A DNA stretch of 64,000 nucleotides from Bigelowiella natans CCMP2755 (lineage: Eukaryota; Protista; Cercozoa), in NCBI GenBank assembly GCA_000320545.1, contig ADNK01000631.1, positions 1 through 64,000 on the forward strand. The letters are read 5' to 3'. This document shows, in pieces, positions 1 through 13,911 of this stretch (within the stretch, counting starts at the first letter, position 1; each line of letters begins with the position of its first letter). The notes below the pieces were generated by a model that worked only from the letters and a program-made list of their open reading frames with translations, did no database searches and was not told the origin of the DNA. Both the position numbers and the translations under genes were made by a program.

Positions 1-413
1 AATGGGGTGGGGTGGGTGGTGGCCAGGTGGCGCTGAATAAAATATGCGCCCTCAAGTCTCACCGGACTGCATCTCTGATGTGTGTGTCATAATATCATAC
101 ACGCTACTCTCGCGCTTCTGGGGGGGGGGGGCAACCAAGCAAATGAGAACGCTTATCTGACACATACACTGCCGCAACACTATAGTCGCAATGAATAATA
201 ATATAACACACACATCCTAGTGCCGTCCTGTGAGACTTGAAGGCCGTAAATTTGATTCACACCCACTTGCGAAGACAAACCATCCTCATTTGCGAGGTTA
301 GGGTTGCCTCCAGCAATGTTAATTACACGTTCGGTGTTGGGATCATACCGCTTTATACTTCCAATGGTCTAATCGAAAGAAATTCATAACGGCGTTGATA
401 CACACACACACAC

Positions 414-458
<45 letters not shown>

Positions 459-1310
459 AATGCGTGTGCGTGTGTGTAAATTAAAGCAACTGAGCAATAA
501 CGAGGATTGATTGTACATAGTCAGTTTGTACATTGTCAGTGTAGTAGATATGGTAGCTGGCCTCTGATGTGTGGTAAGCGATTCCCCAGGGACTTCCAAT
601 TGAAATCGAAGTTCCAAGGCCGTCTGCATTCTGTAAGCCTCTCGTACCAGTGCCCACAATAGTTGTCGACTTTGAACAACAAATGCAATATTTATTCATC
701 AACTCTGGAGGGTATGCTGTACTAGTTATTATGAGAGATGAATTGAATAAGATTACATTGTCTGGTGTGCCTTCGACACCCAGTATGACTTTCCGTATTC
801 TGTGCCCTTGCTGAAATACAGATGAATAATACTTAGATTTGAAATCTAATGATTATGGGTTTTCTGTAAGCGGACTACTCATCACTCTGAGGGCAGCATA
901 CCGTGTCTGCGATGAAGAACGCTGTCGCATCTCCATTTACAGCAAACGCCTTTGCTCTTGACATAGTGGCTACCCCACGTGCACCATCTACATAGGGCTC
1001 TCCGGCAACGAATTTTGTAATTAGTGTCGAGACAGTCAATCCCGGTCTCGGGCTATTGTACTCATATATGCCTTGGCCACTTTCAGATGATAAAACGAAG
1101 ATAGAGTCATTTTTGAATGGGTGCGGCGTGACATCGTATGCGGAGTAACTGTTAGTTCCAAAGCTGTAGACCAAAGAATTTGGTGAAGAATAATGGGCAA
1201 TGGCTACGCCCAATTGCAGAGCGAGGACATGGACTCGACGGCCCTGAAAGGAGGACGGCATCTCAAGCAGGCATAACAGTGATGATGATGAAGATGATCC
1301 TCGTGTCAGT
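1..1310 (-). CDS. NHL-repeat (beta-propeller) protein, multi-exon; probably runs off the window start; 5' exon(s) uncertain
   Basis: Splicing at 901/811 gives FFIADT|QGHRIRKV. Further exons give VGTGTRGLQNADGLGTSISIGSPWGIAYH and IKRYDPNTERVINIAGG, typical of NHL repeats. Confidence 0.65.
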
Positions 1311-1349
1311 TCTGAAACGTTATTTCACTTTTCATCGTGCGACAACACA

Positions 1350-3400
1350 TGATCATCCAAAGAACCGGAGATGGCCTGCGATTGTTCAAGTTCTGCAGTT
1401 CTCATGATGCTTGGTCTTGCACGGTTCGTTGATGGCGCTGCTGCAAGCACACGCCTGTCTCCCGTGTGGTTCTGGCGTGTAGGCGCATGTAGATTTGCAT
1501 CAATGCTTCATTCATTGTTCATTGTTCACAATTACCTCCGCACACTGCAAATGTCTTGCAACATTTTGGAAGTGTAGTTCATCATCATTGTTCATGATGC
1601 TCCTGCGGCTTCATTCACTCGTTCATCTGGTTCGATTGTGGCACTTTCTCTGAGATCTAGTTGATTGAGGAGGTCACAGGTGAGTCAGCATGGCTTGCGA
1701 TCGTTCAACTGCTCCTGTGAACCGCTTCGTTCGTCCTAGCTAGGCATTCATTCACGTGCCGCACCGTGGCCGGCGTGTTCACAGGCGGGTGGGAAACAAA
1801 CCCGCACATCAACTTTCTCTGGAGATTCTTCATTGAACAACAGACACAGCAATGTGACACACTTGTCACATGTCAATGTGACACACAGGTCACATTGCAT
1901 GTCTGTCATTTGAGAAGGTTACGGGAGAGTCGGCATGACCCGCGATCCTTTCAACCCCTCCTGCCAGCCTGTGGAACCACTTTGTTCAATCGTTCACGAG
2001 GGGGCAAAGTCAAGCAGGAGAGCACAGGTGCGATGGATTACTCGTGGAGCTCGAACAATGGACACAGCAATTTGACATGCGCCTGACGATCCTTCGTTTC
2101 GACTCATCCATTGAAAGCGCTCCGTTCACTCATCAACTCGCTCGAGTGAAAAGGTGAAAGGAAACGTGTGGGCCTCCGTGCTGGCGTGTCCTCGCGATGA
2201 ACTCAAATGCTCTCAAGCACTCTGAACTGCTAGACTAGAGCAGCACGACTCCTGCTCGTTCCCCCACAAAACCAACCGGACAGCACCGAAATCTGAACAA
2301 AATCCCTGCATCCCCCTGCAAGGAAGGCTAGAAGGGAAAAAGAGAGGCAGTCTAGCAGTGTCTGTGCAAGTCTCCTCGGAGTGGAGCAAGCAGAGAGCCT
2401 TGAAGTGAGCTAGTGATCAGCAGCAGATCACCACCGCAACACAACATTGCTGCGCTCATCACTGGATTCTGAACGATCTGACCTTTTCGGACAACACCGA
2501 ATCACGAAGCTGCTGTGCCTGCTGCGCACACGAGCGTTCATTGCGCACAACTTTTGAAACTCAGAGCAGCAACGAAGGTAGCACCTGGCTGACGTGCGCT
2601 TGTATGTACTTGAGAGCACAACAGGCATGTGTCTGTGATGTGTGTTTGCACGTTGGAGTGCAAAGCCTGCCCCACAAATCTGACTTCCAACAGTGTTCAC
2701 GTGTAAACTCACATGCACCAGCATGTGTCTGTCACACAGCTTGTTTGAGCACGCGCTATCCACAGTTGCCTGTGCTAGGTGCCACGCTAGCACGTGCAGC
2801 GCGCTCGCGGGTACGTTGAGCGCACGCACAATGCATGATGTTCAGGCAAATGAGACTGGCCAAAATTTGCCCCTCCTGTTGCACAGCTCGGTCAAACCTG
2901 CAACAAATTTGTGTTTTGGAAAGACAAAGCGTGAGCTTTTGAGAGCGCTAGAGCGATTTGCAGCTTCAGCGCGTTGTCAGTGAGAAAGTGAGAAATGTTC
3001 GCACGCAGCTGAGATTTTTCCAGTGCATGAAGTGAGCGTGTGCGCACGCGTTTGCGCATTCAAAACACTGCGGCAGCGCTGCATGTTGCTTGAAACTCTC
3101 ACACTTTTCGCAAAAATGGCGTTTTTGGCCTTCGAAAGTGACACGTTTTTGGTCGTTTCTCGGTCAAAATTGGATTTTGACGCTCGGCCAAGTCTGACTA
3201 TGTGTGATATATACTGTGTCTATTGTTCTGCACAAGCTGCAGGTGTGTTACGTTCTGTGATCACATTCATCACTGTGATGCGGTGCGCGCATGCGCACAA
3301 CTGAACTCGCTCATGCCTCTTGCGCTGCAGCCAAATGTTGCCGGGTAGTTATTTGACCGCGGGTTGTGAGCCTGCCTGCTAGCTGCGCTGCGCTCCATGC
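1350..3400. mobile_element. TpA-depleted degenerate repeat/transposon relic
   Basis: Strong loss of TpA with CA/TG excess; survivors mostly CTAG or GTAG. No recognisable coding domain. A terminus-like segment at 3120-3192 weakly resembles the right end of the 25-32 kb element. No matching left TIR found. Confidence 0.5.
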
Positions 3401-3893
3401 GAGCTAGCGAGGTAGCAACCTTTTTTTTTGGACTGTCGTCTGACGATATCATGACGAATTGGATTTTATCGTCCCAGCATGCTAGCATTATGCTAGTATG
3501 GCTTCAGCATCTTTGCATTGAGAGACCCAGAGACGTGCGAGGATTGGCAGCGCAGCGTTGCAGAAGTCCACATGGTCAATGATCGATCGTGCTCGCATCA
3601 TCGTCATCTGATTCGCGAGAGGGTGGTATGCTCTCTTCATTATTATGACCGAAAAAAATTGTACGGCAATATTGACAATTTTTAAGATGCACACATCATT
3701 TGCTCGATTGCGATTTGTTTGCAACGCACTCTGCAAACAAAGATTTTCCTTGTGATGACGCTGTTGTTTGCGTTTTTACATTTTGTGTTTTAGTTTTCAA
3801 CAGAATGGTTCATTATCATTTTCCCCGAAATTGCGATTCATGTCGTATTGTTGATCTTCTTGCCAGGAAGGCGATAGTGCTCACCACAACAAA

Positions 3894-4590
3894 TTACTGG
3901 TGCGGTTCAACAATCTCGTCGTAGACATCTATCAGAGAAAAAATTGCTTTTGTCCAAATATACGCCTCAAGAAAATATATATAGTGTATTCCAAAAATTC
4001 TGAATCTTCTCCCTATATGTTTCCCCCCTCTTAGACGAAGGACCAAGTGGAGCGTAGAATCTCGTTGAATGTTGTAGTCCAATAGACTCTGAGCTTCTTC
4101 TAATTGTTTCCCTCCAAAAATGAGACGCTGTTGGTCAACTGGAACACCCTCTTTCTCCTGGATCTTCTTCTTAACGCTTTCAATGGAGTCTCCAGGCTCG
4201 ACGTTGAGTGGAATGCTTCGACCAGAAAGTGACTTTATCATTATCTGCATACCACCCCGTATCCTCTCGAGGTTGGGCCGGTTGCGTTCTTTCATTCCGT
4301 ATAAATCTGAAATATAAATGCTGTGAGCGTTTAAATTTTCAGGCCATATTAAGGTCTCACCACGATTTTGCTGGGGATAGGTGCCCGTCGACTAGAAGAG
4401 GACAAAAAAGCATCAATCAAAACGTGCGTGCGCAGGGAAAGAGTCATAGTAAACAAACCAGATTCTGGCTGTGATTCGGAAGGCAATAGTTTATGAATAC
4501 GAATGCCATAAATAAAGCCAAGACTGAGGAACTCCTCCATATCCTTCTGTTTCTTATTTGGCGCGGTGCTACCCCCACCCAAGTAGCCAT
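3894..4590 (-). CDS. Divergent ubiquitin with N-terminal signal/transit-like leader (3 exons: 4590-4459, 4391-4361, 4306-3894)
   Basis: Ub domain MQIMIK...[10 protein letters not shown] has R72, so ubiquitin rather than NEDD8. In-phase GT-AG splicing joins [73 protein letters not shown] to it. A C-terminal extension follows LRGG. Confidence 0.8.
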
Positions 4591-4828
4591 TTTTACTACT
4601 ACAGCAAGGGTGCCTGTTACTTTTTGTCAGATCCCCTATAAATACTTTGTACGACAACATTTTTCTATAAGTCGCTTGGATGAAATTCTGGAAATCTTGT
4701 AAGAAATTCCGATTTACTAGCATCTGCAGAGTTTTATGTACGGCGCACATTGAAATTGGCCTGAATTTAAGTGCATACACGCCAATTTCGATACACTCGC
4801 GCGCCATCAGAAAGGAGCTTTGAGAAAG

Positions 4829-6817
4829 ATGAGTGAGGAGGATGAACAACCCTCGCAGTGTCCCGCCCCTACTACGCCGCTCAATGAAAGTCAAACGGGG
4901 GAGGAAAATCTTAACAATTCGGATGATAAGGAAAATGAGTTAAAGCGTGTTGATCCTCCAAAGAATGTGGAGATGCATCCGGACAAAGAGGAAGCAATAC
5001 ACAAAGAATCAGGTGCTCAATCAGTAGTGTACCTGACGTAGTACTATTGCAGCTGCAAACAATAATTCCATCCCCCCTTGTAATCATACAATCACTTAGA
5101 TCAGCCAAAAGAGAATATGGAAAATGAAGAAGATGATCAGCAGATGGAAGCAATAGAGAAACCAAAGCCCCTGCAGGAAAATAATAACGAGAACGGAGAG
5201 GGGGAAGAAGAGTTCATGGCCAAGCCGAAGCGCCCCATGTCTGCATATTTCTTTTTCTGTAACTCGAGAAGAGATAAATGCAAAGAGGAGCATCCCAACC
5301 TCAAAATGGTTGAGCGACAGAAGATTATGTCCAAAGAATGGGTAATTATCCGTGAATGTGTGCTATTCTCTAATTCTAGACTTAGAGTGCTTTGGCTTTA
5401 TCCTCCTTATGCGCAGTACTAATACTAATGCGGTTGCAGAACCAACTCTCTCCCGAGGCTAAGTCGGAATTTGAGACTGTAGCAAGCAAAGCGAAGGCAA
5501 AATTCAAAGTCGAAATGGAAAAGTACAATGCGTGGCTAGCAAAGCAGGTGACAATCAAACAGCTGTCGGACTAAGCTGGTGGTACATTTGTAACTTATTT
5601 ACGCATGGTAGGAGAAGTTAGATAAATCGGAAGAAACATCAACCGGGTCGATTCTTCGAAAGCCGAAGAGGCCTCTTTCAGCTTTCTTCCTGTTCCTAAA
5701 CGACCATCGTGCGGCCTGCAGGAAGGAAAACCCAGACGCAAAGATAGGAGAGATAACGAAAATCTTATCCCAGAAATGGGTAACGATTTGCTTTTTAAGT
5801 TGAATGCACGCAAACTGTCTTAATTATGGTTGTATTCTCTTTTATAGAAAGGGCTGAATGATGGAGAGAAGAAAAAGTATGAAGATAAAAATAAGGAAGA
5901 CAAAACACGCTACCAAAAAGAGCTGGCTGAGTATGAGAGGCGAAATAGGGTATGGCTGACAATTGTTTTAAGATCTTAGGAAATTCCTTTTTTTAACTTT
6001 CGTATCGATGCAGGGCCAAAAGCAAAAACAGAAACTAGAGGAAGTAGATCCGACGGAGCTAATTCTACCCGCGGCAAAGGTCAAGAAGATAATGTATTTG
6101 GATCGAAGCGTCAAGAGCAGAGTCAGCAAAGAAGGTATGGCTTTTCTTGACACTTTGAATATAGCGAGAGTTTCAATTGATGCCCCTTATTGTTTCATGT
6201 CTTTCTTGTGTTTCCGTAGCCCTATGGCTCATCACGAAGACGACCGAAGTGTTCATTGAAAATTTTTCATTGAAGGTATTAATTGTTTTGTTCATGGTTA
6301 GGCTACAACAAGCGTCGGCATGTCATGTGATCCTCATCTGATACTTTAGGTTCAGCAATACGTGTCGCGGGCAGGCAGAAAGACTATACTTCCAAAGTAA
6401 TGTGATGTTAATTTCTGTAACTCCCGGAAAAAACAAGGAGTTTTTGCATCAGATTAAATCTAGGTTATGTATTCATGTTTACAATTGAACTAGTACCAAT
6501 GATATTGGTGACATTTTCATTAAGATTTTCAACCTATAACGTTAATTATCTCTTCAGAGACTTTGACACACCCCTTCGTCAACAAGAGCCGCTTAGTTTT
6601 CTGCGGGCTAATTTTCATAAGTGGACCAAAGCGCTCGAGAAGGAAAACAAAGGAAGGATATCAGGGAACAAGCGAAAAACTGTGAATACAGGTGATTTGC
6701 ATTCCTTTAGAGGGTATTCTTTTTTTTGATGAAAATGCACGATTATTAGGAGCCAAAGATGATGGGAAGTACAAATCACGAAAAATTACGAGCATGTTCG
6801 CTCCTAAGGCGAAGTAA
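4829..6817 (+). CDS. Two HMG-box domains plus C-terminal NF-YC/DPB3-type histone fold, multi-exon
   Basis: KPKRPMSAYFFF...KEW and KPKRPLSAFFLF...QKW HMG boxes; LPAAKVKKIM...VSKEA...TTEVFIE...RKTI histone fold. Divergent from the ubiquitin gene across about 240 bp. Confidence 0.85.
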
Positions 6818-7560
6818 ATGAACTGTAGTCCAGCTGTAAAATTAATGCAACTCCTTGACCCAAATTGATACAATGCGAAATAAACGCATTTCATAGATCT
6901 ACGCGATAGGAATCAAGATGTATGTTGACGACTACGACGTGGTCAATTTACATTCCCGCCATCCCGTATATATTTGCTATTATGAAAGGAAGAAATCTAT
7001 TTGATCTGCGGGAGCAAGAAATAAAAAGTTATGTATTGTCATAGACATCGCCTCGTCCAGGCTCGCTAGAGATGCAGTGGTGTTAAAAGTGATCGTACAA
7101 TATACGATATATACAGCATATCTTCATGCAGCAACGCTGTAACGCCATACACACTAATTCTAGACTTATCTCTAGTCATATGTATGCTATATCTGAGACG
7201 GATATAATGAAATAATTACTAAATTTCAATAGTCATTCTAAGCCATCCTAATGTAGCTATGCGATGCAGAGTGGCGGCTGCATAGCGTGCTGTTTGTTGG
7301 AGATACACACATCCAGACATACACAAATGACATAACAGCAGCAGGGCTTCTCGCGCTAGCACGGCTGCATGAAGTGCGTGGGCGTCAACTACCAGAGTGT
7401 GCGTATCAATCCATGTGCATGTAGAATCTTAGAATATGAAAAAATGCACATCTACTAGATGTGTCTATGTACTATTATCATTTACATCATGTTCATTACC
7501 GTACTGACAATGGACAAATTGCGAGTATCAGAATCGCAACAGCAGCAAACCCAGCTTGAT

Positions 7561-8979
7561 TTATGGCGATGACACCGATTTGAGAATGTTCTCTCCTAAG
7601 ACCTCATGCAAAGTATGAATCGTAGTGCTAAGTCGTGTAGCCTTTCGAGCTAAATATCGAATTTGTTGATCACGCTGTTTCATAGCGAATCGCATCTGCT
7701 GCAAATCCATTTGCACATGTCTGAGATGCAGCATTTTTTCTAATTTTGCTTGGAGATTTTGGGATTCTCGCAAGAGGTTACCTTCTATAACCTTTGTGTC
7801 TCGCCAACGTGAAATCGTACTCCCGAGAATGGCATCGAATCGTGCCACATCATCATGAAGCAATTTGATTTCTTTGGCTTGGTTCTTAACTCTTGCTATT
7901 AAAACTTCTTCTCTCCCTCTGTACACTGACTGCAGCTCGATTAAATCAACTTTATATGCTTTTGCAAGTAGCCAAAACCTTGAATGCAGTACCGTCATTT
8001 CGGAAGACGCTTGGCTGATTTCTCTCTCCTCATAATTTGTATCGTAAGCAGTTGAGTCTTCCCATCGAGAATCATCTTGTTCTCGTTCTTTTGCATATGC
8101 TCCTGATGCTTGAGATCCCTTCTTACTTTGACGATTCCCTCTTAGACGGTGGCGCACGTAATGTCCAATTTCTCTGTTATGACCAAAACTAATGCTCAGA
8201 AAATGCAGGACACACACAGACACACGCACACACACGCACACACACACACACGCACGAATACAAATGTTTCTCACCTGAGAATCCAAACACACTCAGCGGC
8301 GAAAAGATCCAATTCCTTGAATGCCCGCATTCGCTGTCTCTTATTGCTCTTGTCTGCCATTGACGGAGGTGTCATTGGCACTTTGTCTCCTCGCTTGTCT
8401 CCCCCCCCGCCTCTGTTATTGAAATCAGCTGATACAGCTGCTGCAAAAGTTGTTCTAATTGAGTCCGTTACGGTCATGCAGCGTGCTATGAGTTTGTGTG
8501 ACGTTATTCCTAGTAGTATTTGTGTCTTCTTTTGTTCTTCGTCCTCGTCACCCTTTAGCTCCTCACTACTATCCTCGTGATTCCCGCCCCTTTGTTGACC
8601 CTCATCATTTAGATATTCATCTTTGCCGCGCTTCTGTTTTTGTAGCTTGTGTAACACACTCAAAATCCTCTTGACCGAGCTCCCATTAAAAACATTTGTC
8701 ATTCTGTCTTGCTGCCGTTGTTCTTGCCCCCTCTCCCTTCTTTTGAGCTCTGCTGGTTCATCATTGTGTGTGTGCGCTGTCCTTGGTCGTCGTCGTATCA
8801 ATCCTTCTTCATCGTCAGCAGGGCCAGTAGCTACCGTTTCCGTTGTGGGTTTATTAGCAGCATCATTACCACCATCTTCATCATCACTGCCACCACCATC
8901 ATTCTTAGTCTCGACTAAAATCATCCTCTCGTTACGACTACTGTCATAGAGTCGATTAGGAGTCAGAGCATGAACTAAC

Positions 8980-9014
<35 letters not shown>

Positions 9015-11008
9015 GTGGTGGTGGTGTTTTGCCTGTACTCCTACAGTAATAATATCTTCATCACCATCATCATTATTATTTTTATTATCTTTACTATCAT
9101 TTTCAAACGGCGTTCTTAATTGAGGCTTCTGGCTTTCCGATAACACTGCTGCAGTATCATCTTCTAAAGCTGCTCTCAATTCAACCTGCTTTTTCAATAC
9201 ATTCTGTTCTAATGTTCTTAGCTTGTCCTGCTTTTGGGACATGTTTTGCTCTAAAGCTCTTAGTTCAGCCTGCTTCATCACCACACGGGTACTTAAATCT
9301 GCAAGCTTCTCTGCATCACCCTGACGCTGTTTGAGTAGCCGATGTAACCATTGCTGCTCATGCAGCTGCAGTTGCCGTAACAGCGTCGAAGAAGATGACG
9401 ATACTGATGACGCATTCGTTTCACTTTCAGTAGCCTTTCTTTTCCTCCTGATGATATCAAGATTTAGGCTTTCCTCCTTTACTAAGTCCTGCAAGCGTTT
9501 CACTTCATACTCAAGCTGATGCTTTTCTTCCAATATATTAGAATTACTATGATCTTTGTCGTGATAATCTACTTGAAGGAGTTTACGGTCAACGTGTTCC
9601 TTTTTTCCTCCTCCTTCCTCTTGTGACGCTGGCAATGATGATGGTGAACAACTACGATGGGAACGTGTTTTGCCATCACCATTGCGAGCAGCAGTACTGG
9701 TAGTTGCGTCCTCCTCCTCACAAATTTTGCTATGCCCATTACTATTCTTTATCATCATATCTTCGTCTTCATCACGACTTTTGCTGCTGTCAGTAATCCG
9801 ATTACCTCCTTTCTTTCCACTGCTTCTTCTTCCCTGCTTTGAATCATTATGGCCATCTTCCTCCTTCTCCTCCTCACTTTTCTTTTCCGCAGAATCTTCT
9901 TTGCTTCCTCCTCCTCTTCCTCCTCCTTTACTCTTGTCGCTGTTGTCCTTTGCTGCAAATAGTGTCCTATTCTCTGCCATAGCACTCCTGATTTCATGCT
10001 CGATCTTCTTTTCCAAGCGTCGGCTCAGCATGTCAAAGGAGGTAGTGGAAGTGGGGGGGGGTGATGATGATGATGATGATAATGATGATGATGCAGCAGC
10101 TGCAGCACCAGCATCCTTCGTTGAGGGGGGGGAGGATGATGGCGATGATGAGGCTACTTGCGCCCTCCAACTCCTCCGTAATGACTTAACCTTATCCGTA
10201 AGTTGGTGAGCTACCTTTGCTTGGTTCTCTGCAATCTTACTCATCGACTCTGCTCGCAGCTTGGCCTCCTCTGCATGCTCGGTAGCTGTGGATCTGTCCA
10301 CCTCCAATTTTCGTAGCTCGCGTTTTGTGTTTCTTATCTTTTCTTTGAGTTGATCTAAAATGTTTTGCTGTGATCGTGTTTCTTCAGAAGCACTTCGCTT
10401 TTTCTCTTCCCGTCTGCCTTCTTCCATGGCAATCTCTACTCGTATCGTCTCAAGCTTAGATTTTAATTCAGTATTGCGCTTGAAATGGAGGTTTTCCTCT
10501 CGCCTAAGATTTTGAAGATTGTGCTTTGCTTCCTTAACTTGTTCCATAAGAAGATCTCGTTCATTTGCAGCCTCAATTGCACGTTCTTGAGCGATAGGAA
10601 TAGCTGCCTGCATCTGAGCCAATGTCGATCTCATCTTATCATGAGCTGTCACTAACGCCATTCTTCTCTGTGATAAACCAATACGATGCTCCTCCTCCTT
10701 CCGTATCTCGATTTTAATGGATTCATACTCTTTCTTTGCGTCTGAAAGCTGTTCTAGCAGCTTTGTGTCGCGTGCTATCACCTGCTCAAGTGTCTTCAGC
10801 TCTCCTCTCTGGGCTGCAATCTTGCTTTGAAGAGCCTCAGAATGCTTTTCTTCGGCGAGAAGTCGTATTCTAGTCTCTTGGAGCTGCAACACTTCCGCTT
10901 TAAAGACGATTGCCTCATTTTTATATTTTCTTATTTTCTGTAAGTAGCATATGATAATTGACGTTAATATAGATTATCATCATAATCTAGGTTCGACTCT
11001 AAACCGCT

Positions 11009-11046
<38 letters not shown>

Positions 11047-13868
11047 TTTAAAACGATTACAGCTGATAGTGATAGATGATGCCCCACTATAATAATCTGG
11101 ACGTTTCAGTCCCATAGTAATCGCACATACCATCATGCCTAGATTGATACTATATATCCATAAACACATGACAAATTAACATGCCTCTTCCGTTGTAGTA
11201 AGTTTTTCTTGTGAGTCATTCTTCGCTTTTTCTCGGATTTTGTCGGCTTCTTCCTCAGCAGTTCTTCGTGTTTCCTGAGCCTTATTGATCTCGCTCTGTA
11301 GCCTATTCTTCGCCTCGTCTCTCTTGTTCTTGATACTTTTTAACTCCCCCGTTATATCTGCCACCGACTTTAGCAGCTTTCGTATCTGCGCTTCAAGCTT
11401 TTGCTCGAGGCCCTTCATCTCTCTAACATGGGATTCCATTTGATGAAGTGCAGTCTTTTGCTTGCTTAATTGGCGTGTCAGCGCCTTAAATTCGTCTTTC
11501 TTTACTGAAAGATCCGCATTGAGCTTTGCCAATAGACCGCTGCTTTTCTTTTGGAATCGTTCTTCAACTTTGCGCATGTATGAGGAGGAGGGAGAAGAGG
11601 AGGAGGACAAAGAAGATGATGACGACAATAATGATGGGTTAGCAGTTATTTCCAGCGATGATTGCTTGACGTCGTAGTTTTGAACAACTGTAGGGAGGTT
11701 TTCATTATCATTGCCAGCACCATCGCCAATGCTTGAGTTTATGGCCCCTCTTCTTCCTCCTCCTCCTCCTCCTCCTCCACCATCACCACCACCACCACCA
11801 CCTATTCGCGCTGCTTCTACATGGTCCATAATCTGATCATTACGATCATTATCCTCGTATTTACTGTGTTGTTTTTTCGATCGCCGCAATCGTTGTCGTT
11901 CTTGTTCTCTTCTCCTTTCAGCCAATGATTTATGGGTAAGAAGGTAGGAGGAAATAGGGTCATCCTGATTCTTTCTGTTGTTGTCATCTCTTGCAATTAC
12001 TTCGACTTGTTTATTTTCCTTGGCTAATGCTTGTTGACGGTAAGTCTCGATGCTCTTTTCAAGGTTCTGAATCTCCCTATGGCGGTTTTTAAGTTTCTCC
12101 TCAGCTCTTCTAAGGTCATCCAGAGCTCTGGTTGCCTTCTCTTCTGCTATTGAAGCTTGCTCGGATCTACTCGAGATTTCCAGCTCTAGTTCTGCAACAC
12201 GTGCTTCCCCATTGGAGATCTGAGATTGGAATTCTCTCACCTGCTGCTGCCACATACCATGCCTCTTGGCTTCGTCCCGAGCAAGCTGCTCACGCCTCTC
12301 AACAAGTTGCTCAGTTGTCTTTTGTGTTTGTTCCTCAGCATGTCTAGCCCTGGCTTCAATCTGTAGTGCTCCATCATGCAGTCTCTGATTTGCTTCTAAC
12401 GAAGCTTTCAGCTTCGTTTCCAGGACTTTCATTTCGCCAATGAAGTGAGCGTTCTTTGTAGCATGTTCTTGTCTGAGTTGTTGAATCGTTCTTTCAAGCT
12501 CCTTGCATCGGTCGTCGGCAATATTCTGTGCCGCCTTTATCTTTGTGGCCTCCGACCTGATGTTGTCTATTACGCTACATGCCTTTGACACTGAGGAATC
12601 TAGAAGAGAAATGGCTTCAAAAAGCCGAGGAGGAGGAGGAGGAGGGGGAGACGGTTGCTGCAATTTGGATACTTGTTCTCCTTCTGCTGCTGCTGTGAAC
12701 GACGATGATGGCACCGACGAAGAAATATCTGACGAAATTCAATACCACAGTAAAGAAGAAGAAGAAGGGTGGAGAGGTATACAGAGGAGGAGGGGGCCAG
12801 AGGGAGGCGAGGAGATGTTTACACAGTATTGTAGTAAGTGTTGCTACTACTAAAATATCGTAATTGGAAATATTACATTTCTAGAAAAATATGGTAGTAA
12901 GTGTTGCTACTACTACCACAACTACGACTAGTAGTACTAACAACTACCGTAAGATGCGACATTAGTGGCGATCAGACATACAGTTAGGCGACAAATGACG
13001 ACAATGTTCTAGATGATCATGAAGCTCTGCGTAGTATTTCGACTTCCTATTTGTCCAAACACCACGAGTACTTATCTGTTGTTTGTGCATTACCTACTGC
13101 TGGTGGCGGTGGTGGAGGTGCATGTCGTCGTCCTTGCCCTATTTTGGACATCAACAAATCATTTCCTTTCAAAATACGGCCGACGGCGCTTTGGATTGAC
13201 GAGCATAGATCTTCGATAATTCGATCTTTTCGTATATAATCCATGCTTCTCCTCGTAGCCATAATCATCGTCTTCTTCTTCTTGTTCTTCTTCTCAGGAT
13301 CGTTGTGATTATCTGGGAGTTGACTTTCAAACATTTTGGTTTGCTCATCTTCTAAATGTTTGACAGTCTCCAATGCCTTCTTAAGCTCAAGATTTGAGCG
13401 AAGTAAGCGTCGATGTTGCGTTGTCCTCTCTTCTTCGATTTTAGATTTTAGCAACGTGATCGTTTCTTCTCTTGCTTTCACTTGTGCCTCAAGCTGCTGC
13501 TGTTTCTCCCGATCCAAGGCACTTTCAACAGTTTTCAAGTACGACTGCTCCGCCTTTTCAACCTGATGATGATTATAAGAATTATGAGGATAATGATGAT
13601 ATGAATGATGATGAAGATGATGATAATCAAAATAATTACGATCGCAATGAACAAGGGGGCGATGAATAAGCCAAGTACCACACTGAATCTATGCAGTATT
13701 GAACTGCTACTATTACTACTATCCGTTGTATGCACTCTCATAAATCAAATTGCTACGTGATTATTGTACACAGAGAATATATATTATAAGAGCACATTTC
13801 CAGAAATATTAGCCCCTTCCCTATACCGGCTCGTTGCTGAGTCCATATTTTCTACACTTTCTCTTTTG

Positions 13869-13911
<43 letters not shown>

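Noticed and set aside
4023-4250. NEDD8/Rub1 or polyubiquitin
   Set aside because: Has Arg72 (LRLRGG) and a single Ub unit; the upstream RIRGG is not preceded by a Ub fold.
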